IMG/VR virus record: IMGVR_UViG_2974724611_000001
Span: 76,650-140,649 of that record
DNA from: Cinqassovirus ah1
Taxonomy: Duplodnaviria > Heunggongvirae > Uroviricota > Caudoviricetes > Straboviridae
Length of the DNA stretch: 64,000 bases
Reading direction: 5' to 3' (one strand)
The notes under the pieces are model-generated. The model worked only from the letters and a program-made list of their open reading frames with translations. It made no database searches and had not been told where the DNA came from. The translations under genes and the position numbers were made by a program. Shown here piece by piece: positions 59,403 through 64,000 of the stretch (position 1 is the first letter of the stretch; every line of letters begins with the position of its first letter).

Positions 59403-59994
59403 TGTATGTGGAACACAACTCACAAATTGCGTCCGATTTGATTCGACGCAACGAGAGATCGAAGCTGCCGTGTTGCTTGCAAGTTACCTGATATTGTGTG
59501 CTGTTGCCAGCCCATCCGGAGACTTGACGAATTGTGTATCCGTGTTTCTTTGCGTACTCGCTGGTGATTTGAATAGCAAGATGCTTTGGCTTTTTATTTT
59601 GTATGCCAACGCATATAGTACAAGTTGGTGCGTCGAACATGACTTTACCTACCTTCTCATAGAAAATGTGACCGTGCTCACAAGTCAAAGCGACCTGGCT
59701 TTCCCTGTGCCAATCCTCTTTTGGTGAGGGAGGCATATGGAGTTTAAACTTTGTGTTTGACAAGTTGCGACGCACCAGAGTCTCTTTTTGTTGGGCAGTG
59801 AACGGGTAGCGTCGATTGCACCAACACATGAGTCGTTCAATCTGTTGAAAAGTACCAGGGAACACAGGCTCACCTAGCCATGTTTTCTTTGAGCACTCTT
59901 CACAAACACAAGCATACACTTTGTTCCTAGCGTTGTCAACACAAATTATACGTGTGATAGTGAAATGAACAATTTTCATACCGATTCTGTTCAT
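59389..59994 (-). CDS. Antisense Zn-ribbon repeat protein (homing-endonuclease-associated type)
   Basis: CVCEEC, TCEHGHIF...CTIC, TCKQHGSF...CELC. Confidence 0.65.
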   Translation of the reverse strand: MNRIGMKIVHFTITRIICVDNARNKVYACVCEECSKKTWLGEPVFPGTFQQIERLMCWCNRRYPFTAQQKETLVRRNLSNTKFKLHMPPSPKEDWHRESQVALTCEHGHIFYEKVGKVMFDAPTCTICVGIQNKKPKHLAIQITSEYAKKHGYTIRQVSGWAGNSTQYQVTCKQHGSFDLSLRRIKSDAICELCSTYKKSP

Positions 59995-60012
59995 AATCTA
60001 TTCTCTTCCAGA

Positions 60013-60129
60013 AAGTCGCGCCAGCGACTGCGAAGCTAACTTATTGATTTTATTGAAGAAGACAAAATAGATTCTCATTAAAGATATATAAGAGATTTTA
60101 TTTTGTCTTTTTAGCGGCTATGCCGCAGT
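60013..60129 (-). repeat. Dispersed palindromic repeat, copy 4 (inverted)
   Basis: Reverse complement of the 1493-1615 element; CTAAATA follows at 60136-60142. Confidence 0.9.
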
Positions 60130-60161
60130 CTGCGACTAAATACAAGTAAAGGAGGATACCA

Positions 60162-60984
60162 ATGTTTGGGTATTTTTACAACAGTATTTCAAGACGCTAC
60201 ATTGTTCTAATGGGACAACTGTTCAACGGTGTACAGGTAGCGCGTGAACGAGACGGTAAAGTTTCGTATCAGAAAGTGCCGATCACATACGCCAGTAAAG
60301 AGCGGTTCACTATGAAGCTCAACAGTGTTAACAGTAACATCGACGAACATGGAGTTGCTCGCATTGAGACGATTTTGCCACGTATGAACTTGGAACTGAT
60401 CGACATGGTATATAACCCTATGTTCAAGACTGGTGTCAACGTCAGATCCCAATCTCTTGGTGCAGGTACTTCTGTGTCTCGTAATAATCCGGTACCATAC
60501 AAGTATATGTTCAATCTGTCAATCGCTACCAGATTTGAGGATGATATGTTTCAGATTGTTGAACAAATATTGCCATATTTTCAACCAAACTTTACTACCA
60601 AGATCACGGAACTTCACGATAGTTTAACACCGGTTGATCGCGATATTCAGATCACAATCCAAGGACTTTCTATTTCAGAAGATCTCGAAGGTGCATCTAC
60701 CGAACGTCGTCGAATTCAGTGGGATATTACGTTTGAACTTGACGGCTGGCTATATCCTCCAATTGCGAACTTGAAGGGCGAAATTAAGACAATTTATCTT
60801 GATTTCTATTCTAACAAGACTGAGTTGAAAACGAGCGAAGAAAATTTTGAATCTGTTGACTTTGAAGTGGACCCAAGAACTACCACAAAAGAAAATTGGG
60901 ACGGTAAATATATTCAGACAACAAGCGAGAATATTCCTATTCCAAAAGAGCCTACTAAACCGGGACCGAGAGGATTAAAACACA

Positions 60985-60992
<8 letters not shown>
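60162..60992 (+). CDS. 15: gp15, tail sheath terminator
   Basis: MFGYFYN.ISRRYI, KVPITYASKE, ILPRM, QILPYFQP. Confidence 0.95.
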
Positions 60993-63388
<2,396 letters not shown>

Positions 63389-63397
63389 GGAAAACAA

Positions 63398-64000
63398 ATG
63401 GCATTACTTTCTCCGGGTGTAGAGACTAAAGAGATTAATTTGCAGACCACTATTGCACGTTCTTCTACCGGGCGCGCCGCGCTTGTAGGGAAGTTCAACT
63501 GGGGTCCTGCTTATCAAATTTCCCAAGTAGTCTCAGAAGTTGATTTGGTAGATAAATTTGGTCGCCCCGACGATCAAACCGCTGATAGTTTCTTTAGCGG
63601 AGTCAACTTCTTGAATTACGGCAACGATCTGCGTCTTGTCCGTGTTCTGAATGAAACAAAGAGCCGTAACTCCTCTGCTCTATATGAGAGTCTGAGTTAT
63701 ACAATCACTTCTCCTGGCGTTGATTACAAAGTCGGTGATGTGGTAAACGTATTGCAAGGCGGAAACGTTATTGCGAGTGGTAAAGTTACCGTAGTTAGTT
63801 CATCTGGCGGCATTGTCGCTTTTTATGTTCCAACTGCTGCTATTATCACCCGAGCAAAAGCTATTAACGATTATCCTGCTCTTGATAATGCATGGCAAAT
63901 TCAATTTGCTGCCGGTGGTCCCGGATCTGGACAAGCTGCGACTGCTACTGTCGTTGGAATCAATCTGGACTCTACCATTTTCGTTCCTAACGATGAATAT
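63398..64000 (+). CDS. 18: gp18, tail sheath (partial)
   Basis: MALLSPGVETKE, GKFNWGPA, NFLNYGNDLRLVRV. Confidence 0.95.
   Translation, partial: MALLSPGVETKEINLQTTIARSSTGRAALVGKFNWGPAYQISQVVSEVDLVDKFGRPDDQTADSFFSGVNFLNYGNDLRLVRVLNETKSRNSSALYESLSYTITSPGVDYKVGDVVNVLQGGNVIASGKVTVVSSSGGIVAFYVPTAAIITRAKAINDYPALDNAWQIQFAAGGPGSGQAATATVVGINLDSTIFVPNDEY

Overview
A 64-kb segment of a large lytic T4-related myophage genome, most like the Aeromonas Aeh1 group (inferred from gene order and the CTAAATA late-promoter box). The left part (1-30 kb, minus strand) holds an Alt-like late gene, an ADP-ribosylglycohydrolase, many small hypothetical ORFs, a Ro60/TROVE-related vWA protein (DUF2828 type), thymidine kinase, HNH and GIY-YIG endonucleases, 23 conventional tRNAs mixed with many atypical tRNA-like or structured RNAs, and genes 57B-57A-1-3-29-51-26-54-2-4. 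The right part (34-64 kb, plus strand) is the baseplate, neck and packaging cluster 48-53-27-5-5.1-5.4-25-6-7-8-9-10-11-12-wac-(extra fibre module)-13-14-15-16-17-18. At least eight structural genes have single-base deletions, which look like sequencing errors. The top candidate for an undescribed system is the Ro60-like protein plus a family of five small RNAs. These RNAs share a stem-TT-C(A/C)GCAA / AAAAG-stem module and carry anticodon-loop mimics: three are free-standing (one is a circularly permuted tRNA like bacterial YrlA Y RNA) and two have the module grafted into a tRNA body. Other candidates are a 4-copy palindromic repeat with an IHF site upstream of late promoters, and a possible lambda G/GT-style -1 frameshift joining gp26 to a gp51-like ORF. 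All family assignments come from motif recognition; no database searches were run.
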